Below, in pieces: positions 1-10,266 of a stretch of 64,000 nucleotides of DNA. Position numbers and translations under genes: made by a program. Below the pieces are notes generated by a model, which had not been told where the DNA came from, ran no database searches, and was given only the letters and a program-made list of their open reading frames with translations. Origin of the DNA: an uncultured Pseudomonadota bacterium (GTDB lineage: Bacteria; Oederibacteriota; Muellerivitia; Muellerivitales; Muellerivitaceae); NCBI GenBank assembly GCA_963836235.1, contig CAWIIP010000004.1, positions 640,001 to 704,000 on the forward strand. Direction: 5' to 3'. Position 1 is the first letter of the stretch. Each line of letters opens with the position of its first letter.

Positions 1-1386
1 TTGTTGGCGGCTTTGCTTGGCCTAGTTGATGATTTGATGGATTTAAGGCCGCTGGCAAAATTCGGCTGCCAATCCCTTCTTTCTGGTTTTTTCGCTTTTT
101 GGGGTTATCATTTTAATTTTATTCACATTCCAGGTTTTTCAATTGTTTCGCTTTCGTTTTTTAGCATTCCTTTTACAGCTTTTTGGATTATGGCCGTGAT
201 GAATGGATTCAATTTTATGGATGGAGTAGATGGTTTAGCTGGAAGCGTTTCGGTTATAACCTTGTTGGGAATAGGGATAGCAGGTTTTCTTCAGCAGGAC
301 CCCAGTCTTTGGGTTTTATCATCCGCGGCTTTAGGCAGTTTGGCGGTGTTTCTTGCCTATAATTTCCCGCCGGCTAAAATTTATTTGGGCGATGCTGGAG
401 CGAGCGTTTTAAGTTTCCTCTCGGCGGCAAGCATAATTTCTTTGGGCCAGCCAAGGGCCGCTTTTTTTCATCCAGTGGAATTAATTGATTCATCTGATCC
501 TTTTCGATTCCGGATAATCTTCGCCACCCTCATGGTTGGTTACCCTTTTCTTGAAGTTGTTCTTTCAACTATTCGCCGGGGCATCAAGAAATTCTATTAT
601 GGGCGTTCAATGGAATGGTCCGAAAAAGAACACATTCACCATCGTCTACTGAACTTAGGATTGGTTCCGATTCAGATATCCATTCTGGGTGCCGGGTTTA
701 ATTTTTTGATGGTCGCCGCGGCACTTTGGGCCATGTCCCATGATTACGCATTAGCGGTTTTTTTTCTTCTCCCGTTTGTTGTTATTCTTACCATTCTTAT
801 GCCTCGGATGGGTTTTTTTGATTTCTTGGATGCAACGGCGCTTATGGGTAAAAGATCCTACTATCTTATGGCCCACCATTTTATGAAAATGCAACAGGTA
901 AAGCTAAAGCTGGTATCGGATAGAGAAGAAATCCTAGCCCTTGTATGTCAAACCTGCGCGGAGTTCGGCGTTCAGGGATTTTGGATCAAATCGGAAGCCG
1001 ATTCTTTGGGGAAAGGAGGATTGGTTTACTATTGGGAAAGGGCACATGATATTCAACGGGAATACCTTCAATTTCTGAAAATCGAAATCATTAGTGGCGA
1101 TTTTGAGGTCTTCCGGGAAAGGGCGGCACTGGAAGAAGAAAAAATAGAAGCATATTGGATTTTTGAGCCGCATTCGGAAGAAAATGAACTGGATGTGGAA
1201 TACCGTGTATTGGTAAGCAATTTCATGTATGCCGTGCTTCGAAGAATCAGCGACTTGAGCCGTTTGGCTACCGATTCCTCAATGGTTGAAATTGGTAATT
1301 TGGCTCACGCCAAAGTGCGATCTAGTCTCTTGCGGCGACGGTATGGGGATAATAAAGACAAGATGGGCACAAAACCATTGAAATAG
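1..1386 (+). CDS. wecA: WecA/MraY-family undecaprenyl-phosphate sugar-1-phosphate transferase with extra C-terminal soluble domain (5' end outside window)
   Basis: Motifs LGLVDD, NGFNFMDGVDGLA, IYLGDAG and HIHHRL; multiple TM segments; first gene of the polysaccharide locus. Confidence 0.85.
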   Translation: MLAALLGLVDDLMDLRPLAKFGCQSLLSGFFAFWGYHFNFIHIPGFSIVSLSFFSIPFTAFWIMAVMNGFNFMDGVDGLAGSVSVITLLGIGIAGFLQQDPSLWVLSSAALGSLAVFLAYNFPPAKIYLGDAGASVLSFLSAASIISLGQPRAAFFHPVELIDSSDPFRFRIIFATLMVGYPFLEVVLSTIRRGIKKFYYGRSMEWSEKEHIHHRLLNLGLVPIQISILGAGFNFLMVAAALWAMSHDYALAVFFLLPFVVILTILMPRMGFFDFLDATALMGKRSYYLMAHHFMKMQQVKLKLVSDREEILALVCQTCAEFGVQGFWIKSEADSLGKGGLVYYWERAHDIQREYLQFLKIEIISGDFEVFRERAALEEEKIEAYWIFEPHSEENELDVEYRVLVSNFMYAVLRRISDLSRLATDSSMVEIGNLAHAKVRSSLLRRRYGDNKDKMGTKPLK

Positions 1387-1596
1387 GAACTTCATCCCGA
1401 TTTTGGTTTAGGCGTTCCGAGGCTAGACCCTACCCAGCTTGGTTGTTATAATTTCACACCTTTCAAGAGACTCGCAATTTTCGGATTTCGGAAAATTGCT
1501 TTCTGAACGGTGGCTTAAAAATCGATGAAACTAAAATTCACCTTTTAAGTGAATCGTGACTTTGATGGGATTAATCCTTCGAAAAGCGTAGGTAAA

Positions 1597-2427
1597 ATGA
1601 AAAGAAAGTCCTTGATGCCCCAACGGCTAAGATTTTTTTTAGTAACTTATTTAACTTTTTTTTTGGCCTTGCCCCCCATTGGTTTCACGGCTTTTGCGTC
1701 CACTTCAAAGGGTAAGAAGAAAAAAATATCGGTTGTGGCAACCCCAACACCGGAGCCTTCGGAGAGCACTCAGCCATCCATGATCGACAAAACAACAAAT
1801 TCTTATCCGGCTCTTCTTATTGGACCGGGTGATGAACTTGAAATCTATGTTGTCAATTTTTCCTCTGGAAATGGTTACACCACGACCGCTTCCGGCGAGG
1901 GGAGTACGAAAAGTCAATTACCAACAAATTACCTTGTTGACTCCGATGGAATGATTCTTTTTCCCTTTTTGGGAGACATTCAACTCAAGGATTTAACTCA
2001 GATTCAGGCGGCAAAGCTCATGAAAAAAGAATTGAGCCAATTTATTTCCAATCCACAGGTAACCGTCCTTGTGCGAAATTCTAATTACTATAATGTTTTA
2101 GTTTTAGGGGATGTGGCTAGACCGGGAAAATTTCTAATCCGAGGGGAGCCCACGATTTTTTCCGCCCTTGCCGATGCGGGAGGGCCAAATCAGGACGCGG
2201 ATTTAGGTGGGGCAGTTATCATTCGGGGCGATACGAACAAAAAGGAGAAAATCCATTTGGACCGTTATTTAAAGGACAATGGGTTTCATTCTCCCCCGTC
2301 TATAGTTTATCCGGGGGATGTTCTCATGATTCCCAAAACCGGTGGAATTTCAGGAGAGGATTTAGCCATATTGGCCAGTATCGTAGCCAGCGTAGCGCTT
2401 ATTACTACCCAAGTTAAATTTAACTGA
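1597..2427 (+). CDS. wza: Polysaccharide export protein, Wza/OPX family with SLBB domain
   Basis: IGPGDELEI, VDSDGMILFPFLG, NPQVTV, VLGDVARPG and PGDVLMIP motifs; directly upstream of Wzc; start taken at ATG 1597 (ORF track starts 1549). Confidence 0.85.
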   Translation: MKRKSLMPQRLRFFLVTYLTFFLALPPIGFTAFASTSKGKKKKISVVATPTPEPSESTQPSMIDKTTNSYPALLIGPGDELEIYVVNFSSGNGYTTTASGEGSTKSQLPTNYLVDSDGMILFPFLGDIQLKDLTQIQAAKLMKKELSQFISNPQVTVLVRNSNYYNVLVLGDVARPGKFLIRGEPTIFSALADAGGPNQDADLGGAVIIRGDTNKKEKIHLDRYLKDNGFHSPPSIVYPGDVLMIPKTGGISGEDLAILASIVASVALITTQVKFN

Positions 2428-2512
2428 GACGTCCAGTTTAAAAAGTTTTAGCGTTCAGCTCTTTTTTATCCCAGTTTTGTAATTTTTATTTCAAATTTCG
2501 TCGAGGAATGAA

Positions 2513-4087
2513 ATGGCCAATTTGCTTTTCCAAGTTGAAGATCCCGAACTGAATTTTATTAAATTATTTCAAGTTTTGCGCCGCCGACGAAAAACCATTT
2601 TAAGTACCGTATCTGGTTTCCTACTCATTTCATTGCTTTATGGTTTCCTTTGGCCCAAAACATATCAATCTGTCACGACGGTCAAAGTTCCAGACTCCTC
2701 CCAATCGTCCGCCAATGCATTACGGGAAATGTCTTTTGCCTCTACCTCGGGGGACCCTATTGAAACCTATATGCAGGTGGCCGCTGCGGATAAAGTGGCA
2801 TTGGGAGTAATAGATGAGCTCAAGTTGAGGTCTAATCCAAAATTCAAGGATCTTACAGATGCCAAAATACTTTGGTACCTCCACCAACAGGTCATTATCG
2901 ACAACGTCAAACATTCCAACCTCATTTCCATTGCGGGCCGGGCCAAAACTCCCCAGGTGGCGGCCGATCTGGCCAATGCCTGGGCAGAAAGTTTTATTCA
3001 GGTCAGTCAAGATTTGATTCAGGAGGCCGCCCAAGCTCGTTATCAATTCATTCACAAGCAGCTACAAGCTATTCGGGATAAAATTGAGGAAAACAAAGAA
3101 AATAAACGAAATTTTTTGAACCAGTCCAACGAGTTGGAAGCCGACGAATTGGTTTATAAATCCCTCTTGGAGCAGGATCAGGAAAGCAGGATCCAGGCCA
3201 ACGACCAGAATACGGGTATTGTGGTGGTAGATGCCGCTGCACCCCCAGATAAGGCGAGTTCACCCAAAAAGACATTGGCGCTCGTTTTGGGCCTGTTTGC
3301 TGGCGTTTTTGTAGGGGTACTGGCTGCTTTTGGCAAAGAGAGAATGGAAGATAGCATATTTGAAGAAGTAGATTTGACCCAACTTACCCAATCAGTCCTT
3401 TGGGCCGAAATCCCTTGGTCTCCAGCAAAAGATCAAAGGACGACTTCTTCTGCCAATTCTTTGATTTCCCAAGCTCGTTTTCAAAATTCTCCTTATCTTC
3501 AGAGTTTCAAGGTGCTTCGGAGTCATCTTCTTTTGGTTCGGCCGGAAGGGGGCTGCCTTGCCGTTGGAATCCTTTCTCCAAGTCGTGGAGAGGGAAGAAC
3601 AATGGCCAATGCGAATTTATCTTTGGCTCTTGCGCAGGCCGGGAAAAAAGTCCTTTTGGTTGATGCCGACTTGGAGAACCCTAAAGTGGGATCTCTTTTC
3701 GGGGTGGAAGCCTCGGTTACCTCGGGCCTTTCAAGTCTTTTGTCCGGCCAAGCCAGTTTAAAAGAAGTGGTCAAATCCTCTGGTGTTCCGGGTTTTTCTC
3801 TTCTGCCGGCCTCTTCCGATTCAACAGACATTTCTGGTTTGCTAAGCCCCAGTGCCCTCAAAAAATGGTTGGATGAAGTGAAATCGAAATTCGATTTTAT
3901 CCTTTTTGATGGACCCCCGCTTCTTGTCTCCCCTGATTCGGCGGTTTTGGCTGCAGCCTTGGATGGGATCGTCCTTTTGGCTCGTTTCGGTAAAACTCGC
4001 CGTCCGGATATATTGAAGTCTATCAAACAGCTACAATCCGCCCATGTTCCGCTTTGGGGAACAATAATAAACGGGGTCATCAAGTAA
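2513..4087 (+). CDS. wzc: Polysaccharide co-polymerase / BY-kinase (Wzc-like) with atypical Walker A
   Basis: Two TM helices around a periplasmic coiled coil; SPSRGEGRT, LLVDADL and FILFDGPP motifs. Confidence 0.85.
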   Translation: MANLLFQVEDPELNFIKLFQVLRRRRKTILSTVSGFLLISLLYGFLWPKTYQSVTTVKVPDSSQSSANALREMSFASTSGDPIETYMQVAAADKVALGVIDELKLRSNPKFKDLTDAKILWYLHQQVIIDNVKHSNLISIAGRAKTPQVAADLANAWAESFIQVSQDLIQEAAQARYQFIHKQLQAIRDKIEENKENKRNFLNQSNELEADELVYKSLLEQDQESRIQANDQNTGIVVVDAAAPPDKASSPKKTLALVLGLFAGVFVGVLAAFGKERMEDSIFEEVDLTQLTQSVLWAEIPWSPAKDQRTTSSANSLISQARFQNSPYLQSFKVLRSHLLLVRPEGGCLAVGILSPSRGEGRTMANANLSLALAQAGKKVLLVDADLENPKVGSLFGVEASVTSGLSSLLSGQASLKEVVKSSGVPGFSLLPASSDSTDISGLLSPSALKKWLDEVKSKFDFILFDGPPLLVSPDSAVLAAALDGIVLLARFGKTRRPDILKSIKQLQSAHVPLWGTIINGVIK

Positions 4088-4221
4088 GTAATTCCTGGTC
4101 GGTTGTCAGGAATCCTTTAGTGACAAGGTAGATGAAACGGACAATCTTCTACCTCAAAAACAAACCGGCGAGTTTTCGAACTTAGCGGATTTCTTAAGTT
4201 AAGGACGGATTCATTCCAATC

Positions 4222-5550
4222 ATGCCGGCCCCATCCTCTTTTTCCATTAAAGACCGTTTTTTAGAATTGTTCCGGAAACGTACCCATCTTTTCAATAAGG
4301 CTGCCATTATGGTCGGAGCCCGGGGATTGGGGATGATCTTCGGCGCTTTGGGCTCGGTTTGGGCCGCCAGGTGTTTGGGTCCCCGTAATTTTGGCATTTC
4401 CGGCATGGTTCAAAGCCTCGTCCTTTTAACGGGTGTGCTCGTCACGGTTATCTATCCCCTGGTTCTAATACGGGACTATAAAAACGCCCCGGACGATGAA
4501 GCTAGGAACCACCTAGTCCAGATTACCAACGGTTTTCGGTTGGCGGTTTCCCTGGCCTTTTGCGGCCTGGCCGCTTTGTTTCTAGGGCTGCATTTAGAAC
4601 CATTGGATTTTCATTTCGCCGGATGGTTTTTTCTCCCCATTCTTTTTTTAAACTCGATTCAGCCTACCTGGATTTTCCAGGCCGCTGAGAAACAGCATTT
4701 CCAATCTCTTTTAGCGGTCCTCCAGCCGGCCTTAACGGCGGCCTATTATGTTGCTTTTATCAGGCCCGGTATGTCGGCAGGATCGGATCTTTTGGGCATC
4801 ACGGTGGTTTCCGCACTGTTGACTTTTATTTATTGGAAGGCAGTTTTGAAATTAACGGGCTTCCACGGGCGATTTTTAATTCTCGACGCGTGGAAGGAAG
4901 TCTGGACACTCGTTTTAAAATCCCGCTGGTTATTTCTTTCCGCTCTGGCCATCTATGTTTATAACAGCCTGGATCAACCTCTTTTGGGGTGGCTACATTC
5001 CCTGGAAGAACAAGGAAGATATCGCACTGCCGTGAGAGTAACGGATGCTGCGCAAAGTTTCCTCGCGATTCTTCCAAGTGTTTTTTTTCCCCGTTTCCTC
5101 GAGTGGCGAAAAAAAGGTGAGGAGTTTTTTTGGTCGCGCCAAAAGAAGATGGTTCTTTGGGGGGCCTTATCCGGCGGTGTAGCCGCGCTCACGGCGTTCC
5201 TCCTAATCCCACTCTTGTATCCTTTTGTTTTTGGAGCCGCCTATGCGCAGGCAGCCTGGCCCTGCGCCATTTTAATATCGGCAAGAATTATGGACGCCCT
5301 AGGCCAAATTTTTTCTCTTGGATTGATGACGGACCACGATTTCGACAAAGTCATCCTGATTTCCACTCTTGGGATTGCTGTATTTTCGATTGGTTCTAAC
5401 CTCCTTTTCATTCCGCGATTTGGTATGTACTCCGCCGCTACGGTCAACCTGTTAAGTGAGGCCATTATGCTGGCGACCTGCTTCTGGGTCTCCCAACGGC
5501 GCATCGATAGAATTAGGGAAAATAAAAATTCTGAGGTTTCTGGACAATGA
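4222..5550 (+). CDS. wzx: Wzx-type oligosaccharide flippase, copy 1
   Basis: About 12 TM segments; ARCLGPRNFG and LFIPRFGMYSAA motifs; polysaccharide locus context. Confidence 0.8.
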   Translation: MPAPSSFSIKDRFLELFRKRTHLFNKAAIMVGARGLGMIFGALGSVWAARCLGPRNFGISGMVQSLVLLTGVLVTVIYPLVLIRDYKNAPDDEARNHLVQITNGFRLAVSLAFCGLAALFLGLHLEPLDFHFAGWFFLPILFLNSIQPTWIFQAAEKQHFQSLLAVLQPALTAAYYVAFIRPGMSAGSDLLGITVVSALLTFIYWKAVLKLTGFHGRFLILDAWKEVWTLVLKSRWLFLSALAIYVYNSLDQPLLGWLHSLEEQGRYRTAVRVTDAAQSFLAILPSVFFPRFLEWRKKGEEFFWSRQKKMVLWGALSGGVAALTAFLLIPLLYPFVFGAAYAQAAWPCAILISARIMDALGQIFSLGLMTDHDFDKVILISTLGIAVFSIGSNLLFIPRFGMYSAATVNLLSEAIMLATCFWVSQRRIDRIRENKNSEVSGQ

Positions 5551-5625
5551 TGCTTCTTTTACCTTGCGTAAATCGGGATTCCTTCCGTCGATCGGCATTC
5601 GAAGTCAAAAATGGGAGGCTGTTGG

Positions 5626-7728
5626 GTGAACTTTGTCCACAAAAATAACGGGAAGATACTTTACCGGTTGATCGAGACTTGCGACTTGATTTCCTTCGAT
5701 GTGTTTGACACGGCAATATTAAGGAACGTTCTAGTCCCAGGGGATGTTTTCGAACTTGTTGGGAAGAAAATGGGGTTTGATTTCGATTTCAGGGAAATAC
5801 GTGAAAAAATGGAAAAAGAGGCTTGGAAAAGCCAAAAGAGTTTTGAAAAAACTCCCGAACTGACCCTTCGGGATATTTACGAGAAAATGTCACAATATTC
5901 ACTTCCCAACATGCCGAAAGATAAAGCTGAAAAAATCGAAGCCGCAGAAATTGAGATGGAAAGGCATGTGTGTCAAAAAAATCCATTTATCCATTCAATT
6001 TATGAAAATTGCTTGCGAAAGGGAAAACAGATCGTCTTTACCAGCGATATGTATCTTCCCCGATCGGTTGTTCGGGAGATACTGATTCAAAACGGTTACC
6101 GGAAGTTTGACAAACTTTATGTTTCATCCGATGTTCAGATGACTAAACGAACGGGTAGTTTGTATCGTATGATTTGTTCCGATTTTAAAATTCCGCCCGG
6201 AAGAGTCCTTCATATAGGTGATAATTACCATTCAGACGTCAAACGGGCTAGAAAAGCCGGGCTGAAAATCTACCACTATCCCAAATGTCTTGATGTTGCC
6301 TCAGCGGATCCTGATTTCAAGAGGTTTCTCAGTCACTTTGATCAGTATGACTTGAGGGAACCAATGATTTCGGTTTGGCTGGCGATTATCGTAAACCGAT
6401 TTTTTGCGGTTCGGCCTGTTGAAAAAAAAGACTTTTTCTATCGGGTTGGTTTTTGTTACTGGGGGCTATTTAATATTGGTTTTGCCCACTGGCTTTACGA
6501 GCAAGCGTCCCGCCAAAAAGTGGAAAAGCTTTTTTTCCTTTCGCGGGATGGATTCGTACCCTGGAAAGTTTATGAAATAATTCGCAAAGAAATGGAACTT
6601 AAGATTCCCTCTGATTATTTGTTCGCTTCTCGGAAAGCTTTTAATTTCCCAGGGGTCCTCAAAATGGATTCCGTGGCTTTGGACTTTTTTTGTGAGGCAG
6701 TTCCCAAACGAAGAGTTGGTTTTTATCTGGAAAGGATTGGTTTGGAACCACGGAAATACGAGAGGGCAATAAGGGACTGTGGTTTCGAGGGACATGGCCA
6801 AATTGTCCGAACTTCGGATTTTCCGACACTAGAAAAACTATTTTTAGAAATAAAAGCGGATATCCTTAAAAGCGTTCAGCAAGAAAGAAAAAAGCTTTAT
6901 CGGTATTTTAAAGCCATGGGGTTGTTCAAGCATAAGTCCATTGCCTTCGTCGATTTTGGTTGGAAGGGTTCCTTGCAGAAATCATATGAGAATTTGGTCG
7001 GCCGGGTTTGGAAGCTCCACCAAAAAGTCAACGGTTTTTACATCTGCGTTTGGAGCAAGCTTTTTCCTGGTAAACGGATCAAGGACATGGACGGAATGAA
7101 AGGTTACCTCTTACATTTTGGGATTCCACGAAAAGATAAGGACTTTATCCTCAGCCACACGACTCTTTTTGAGGATATGTTTCCAGCTCCTCATGGGTCG
7201 GTGGTGGGCTACGAGAAAATCGAAGGAACTGTAAAACCATTGCTTGCGGATTACGAGCCTCGGTCCGGAAAAGAGAAAGAAAGTCTAATTGCGGGGGTTA
7301 CCGATTTCGCCCTTGCCTATCGTTCGTTTCTTACTTTGTTACCTGTCCAAAAAGACTTAGCGCTAAAACCGTTTTATAAGATCGTTCGGAAACCCACGCT
7401 GGAAGAGGCGAGGAAAATTGGGAAACATGAATATGGGACATCCTTTGGCGCTTATCAAAACAGCAAAACGGTTTCCAACTTTCCTTCTGTTTACGAGGCC
7501 CTCATCCGGCCCCATATTTTGTTAAAGAATTTCATGAATTCTTATTGGAAAGAGGGTTATTTGACCCAATTTCGCCTATCATTTTTCCTCGTTTTTTTTG
7601 AGAAAATGAACGGTGGACAGATCCATTCTTTTTTTCGAAAAATTAAGATCGTCATGAACGAAGGCTTGCGGGGGCGTATCAACCTTCGAGAGATTAAGAA
7701 GCGCATGAATTGGATGGGAAAATCCTAA
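5626..7728 (+). CDS. HAD-superfamily hydrolase of the polysaccharide-locus type
   Basis: SFDVFDT (motif I), TSDMYL, LHIGDNYHSD, FLSRDG and VDFGWKGSLQ; GTG 5626 follows GGGAGG (ORF track start 5611). Confidence 0.8.
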   Translation: MNFVHKNNGKILYRLIETCDLISFDVFDTAILRNVLVPGDVFELVGKKMGFDFDFREIREKMEKEAWKSQKSFEKTPELTLRDIYEKMSQYSLPNMPKDKAEKIEAAEIEMERHVCQKNPFIHSIYENCLRKGKQIVFTSDMYLPRSVVREILIQNGYRKFDKLYVSSDVQMTKRTGSLYRMICSDFKIPPGRVLHIGDNYHSDVKRARKAGLKIYHYPKCLDVASADPDFKRFLSHFDQYDLREPMISVWLAIIVNRFFAVRPVEKKDFFYRVGFCYWGLFNIGFAHWLYEQASRQKVEKLFFLSRDGFVPWKVYEIIRKEMELKIPSDYLFASRKAFNFPGVLKMDSVALDFFCEAVPKRRVGFYLERIGLEPRKYERAIRDCGFEGHGQIVRTSDFPTLEKLFLEIKADILKSVQQERKKLYRYFKAMGLFKHKSIAFVDFGWKGSLQKSYENLVGRVWKLHQKVNGFYICVWSKLFPGKRIKDMDGMKGYLLHFGIPRKDKDFILSHTTLFEDMFPAPHGSVVGYEKIEGTVKPLLADYEPRSGKEKESLIAGVTDFALAYRSFLTLLPVQKDLALKPFYKIVRKPTLEEARKIGKHEYGTSFGAYQNSKTVSNFPSVYEALIRPHILLKNFMNSYWKEGYLTQFRLSFFLVFFEKMNGGQIHSFFRKIKIVMNEGLRGRINLREIKKRMNWMGKS

Positions 7729-7880
7729 ATCGTTTTGGCGGTTTCCAAAATTACACCTGCCGATTTTGGCTGACACGGATAGGGTTATTGGCCAGTTTCC
7801 ATAGATGCACTACCTATCGGGGTAAGTCAAAGTGGGTTATGTGTATTTTGTTTTTTATATTAGACTTTTAAGGAGCTTCG

Positions 7881-9194
7881 ATGTCCGTCATGTTCAAATG
7901 GGCCGGACATTTTTTTTCGAAAAAAAATGTGAAAATATTTCCCGGTCGGCCGAAACTCCTCAAAAAAGCTGCGGTTATGGTAGGCGCTAGAATAGTGGGG
8001 TTGGGCTTCGGTGCGATAGGCGCAGTATGGGCCGCTCGTTGTTTAGGACCGAAAAATCTAGGCATCTCAGGAATGGTTCAGAATGTTGTTCAACAGGCGG
8101 TTCTCATGATTGGAGTCCTTTCCCCCACGGTTCTGATTAGGGAATATAAAAGCCTTGAAAATGATGAGGAAAGGAGCGACCTTTTGAAGTTGACCAATGG
8201 GTTCCGTCTTCTTTTGGCATTGGGCTTCTGCATACTGGCCGTTCCTTTCTTGACTTTCCGTTGGTTGCCAGACCTTTATTTGCGTGTTGGATGGATGTTC
8301 ATACCTATCCTTTTGGTTATTTCCATTCAACCGATTTGGATTTTTCAAGCCGCTGAGAAACAGCAGTTCCAATCGATGATCGCCGTATTTCAACCAGCCT
8401 TGACTGCTTTGATATATCTGTTTTTTTTTAGACCCGGGATGTCGGCAGGCGCGGATTTAATCGCCATTACAACGGTCGCCACGGTTCTTCTGGTTGTTTA
8501 TTGGACCACCATATATAAGCTGACACCTTTAAATGGAAATTTTTTTTCTTTCCAGGGATTGGAAAAGATATGGAGCTTGACGCGGAAATCTAGGTGGTTG
8601 TACGTGATGGCCCTAGCCATGTATATCTATACCCTTTTGGAGCAGCCCTTGTTGGGGTGGCTTTACTCCGTGGAGGAATTGGGAAAGTATAGAACCGCTG
8701 TTAAGGTCACCGACGCGTTGAACGGAACATTTGCCATCATTCCGATGATTCTTTTTCCACGGTTCATCGAATGGCGTAAACGGGGAGAAGCGGTACTTTG
8801 GAACAGGCAAATGAAGCTCACGGTCCTATTTGCGGCTGGCGGGGCCGCGGCGGCGACCGCAGGGTTTATCCTTATTCCGCGGTTTTATCCATTGGTCTTC
8901 GGAGTTCCTTTTGCCCAAGCCGGAATACCTTGCGCGATCCTAGTCCTTTCCAAAATCGTGACTATTGTCAGCGGCATTTATGGGTGGGGCCTGCTAACTG
9001 ACCATCGTTACGACAAGAAAGTTTCAATTGCCATGATTCTTACCGCGGTTTTTTCTTTGGGTGCGAACTTTTTCTTTATTCCTCGTTTCGGCATGTATGG
9101 GGCTTCTTTAATCAATTTAGCTAGTGAAGTGATTATTTTGATGGCGATGGTTAGGTTGACGGTTCGGCGTCATCGAGCGCTTCTGATTTCTTAG
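7881..9194 (+). CDS. wzx: Wzx-type oligosaccharide flippase, copy 2
   Basis: Clear paralog of 4222..5550 (shared WAARCLGP, WIFQAAEKQ, RPGMSAG, QPLLGWL, IPRFGMY). Confidence 0.8.
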   Translation: MSVMFKWAGHFFSKKNVKIFPGRPKLLKKAAVMVGARIVGLGFGAIGAVWAARCLGPKNLGISGMVQNVVQQAVLMIGVLSPTVLIREYKSLENDEERSDLLKLTNGFRLLLALGFCILAVPFLTFRWLPDLYLRVGWMFIPILLVISIQPIWIFQAAEKQQFQSMIAVFQPALTALIYLFFFRPGMSAGADLIAITTVATVLLVVYWTTIYKLTPLNGNFFSFQGLEKIWSLTRKSRWLYVMALAMYIYTLLEQPLLGWLYSVEELGKYRTAVKVTDALNGTFAIIPMILFPRFIEWRKRGEAVLWNRQMKLTVLFAAGGAAAATAGFILIPRFYPLVFGVPFAQAGIPCAILVLSKIVTIVSGIYGWGLLTDHRYDKKVSIAMILTAVFSLGANFFFIPRFGMYGASLINLASEVIILMAMVRLTVRRHRALLIS

Positions 9195-9288
9195 CGGGCA
9201 TTATGGTTGGGTTAGATCGGATCGACGATTCTTTAAAGCATGGGATAGAATGGCCAAGCCGCATTTGCGCCTTAAGGATTATCGATAA

Positions 9289-10266
9289 ATGAAAAAGAAA
9301 ATATTCCCCTCGAAAAAGACGCCTTTCTTTTCAATCGTTGTTCCTCTCTTCAATAAAAAAAAATACATCCGAAGATCCGTGAAATCTGTGTTGAAACAAA
9401 TTTTTCGAGATTTCGAGCTGATTGTCGTCGACGACGGTTCCAAAGATGGAAGCCCGGGTATTGTCCGATCCTTTAAGGATAAAAGGATTCGCTTGATTGT
9501 CCAAAAAAACAATGGAGTGTCGGCTGCCCGCAATAGGGGAGTGGCGACCGCAAGGGGACGGTATATCACTTTCCTGGATGCCGACGACGATTTGGATTCG
9601 AGTTACCTGGAAACGCTTCGAAAATTGATCGATGATTTTCCAGGAGCCGGGATTTATGGTACCAATTATTGGATCGATAATGGAAAGGAAAAACTGGAAA
9701 ACCCAGTGCGGCTTCCTGCCGGATGGCGTGGAAGAATGAGGGATTATTATGACTTGGCGTATTACAGCCGTCCGCCATTCTCGACCAACACTGTCTGCCT
9801 ACCGGCTTCTCTAGCAAAAGTAGTACCGTTCCCCTTGGCTATCAAGGCGGGCGAGGATCTTTTAGTCTGGTTCAAAATTTCCCTAAGGCACGATACGGTC
9901 TATCAAAATAAACCACTTGCCACCTATTACTTGGAAGCCGACGAAAACACCCATAAGACTTATTTTGGACCCCAATATCACCTTGATTGGCTTGAATTGG
10001 GCGCACAGTTGAAGAAGGGAAAAGTCCTCTCAAAGAACGGTGAAAAATACTTGGTCTGGGCCACCCTTATCCAAGTGAGAAAAATGATCGCCAATGGTTA
10101 TCGTCGGGAAGCTTGGTCCAAATGGTGGTGTTGTCCAAAAATTTATTTTCCCCTTTATCAGATGGCCCTCTTTTTGATGTTTTTCTTACCTTCAAAACAC
10201 TGGAAAAATTTTCATCCCGCCAAACCGGTTTCCGCGATACTGAAAAACCGGAAAATGAACTTATGA
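9289..10266 (+). CDS. Glycosyltransferase family 2
   Basis: SIVVPLFN, VVDDGS, GVSAARNRG, FLDADD (DxD), GEDL. Confidence 0.9.
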   Translation: MKKKIFPSKKTPFFSIVVPLFNKKKYIRRSVKSVLKQIFRDFELIVVDDGSKDGSPGIVRSFKDKRIRLIVQKNNGVSAARNRGVATARGRYITFLDADDDLDSSYLETLRKLIDDFPGAGIYGTNYWIDNGKEKLENPVRLPAGWRGRMRDYYDLAYYSRPPFSTNTVCLPASLAKVVPFPLAIKAGEDLLVWFKISLRHDTVYQNKPLATYYLEADENTHKTYFGPQYHLDWLELGAQLKKGKVLSKNGEKYLVWATLIQVRKMIANGYRREAWSKWWCCPKIYFPLYQMALFLMFFLPSKHWKNFHPAKPVSAILKNRKMNL

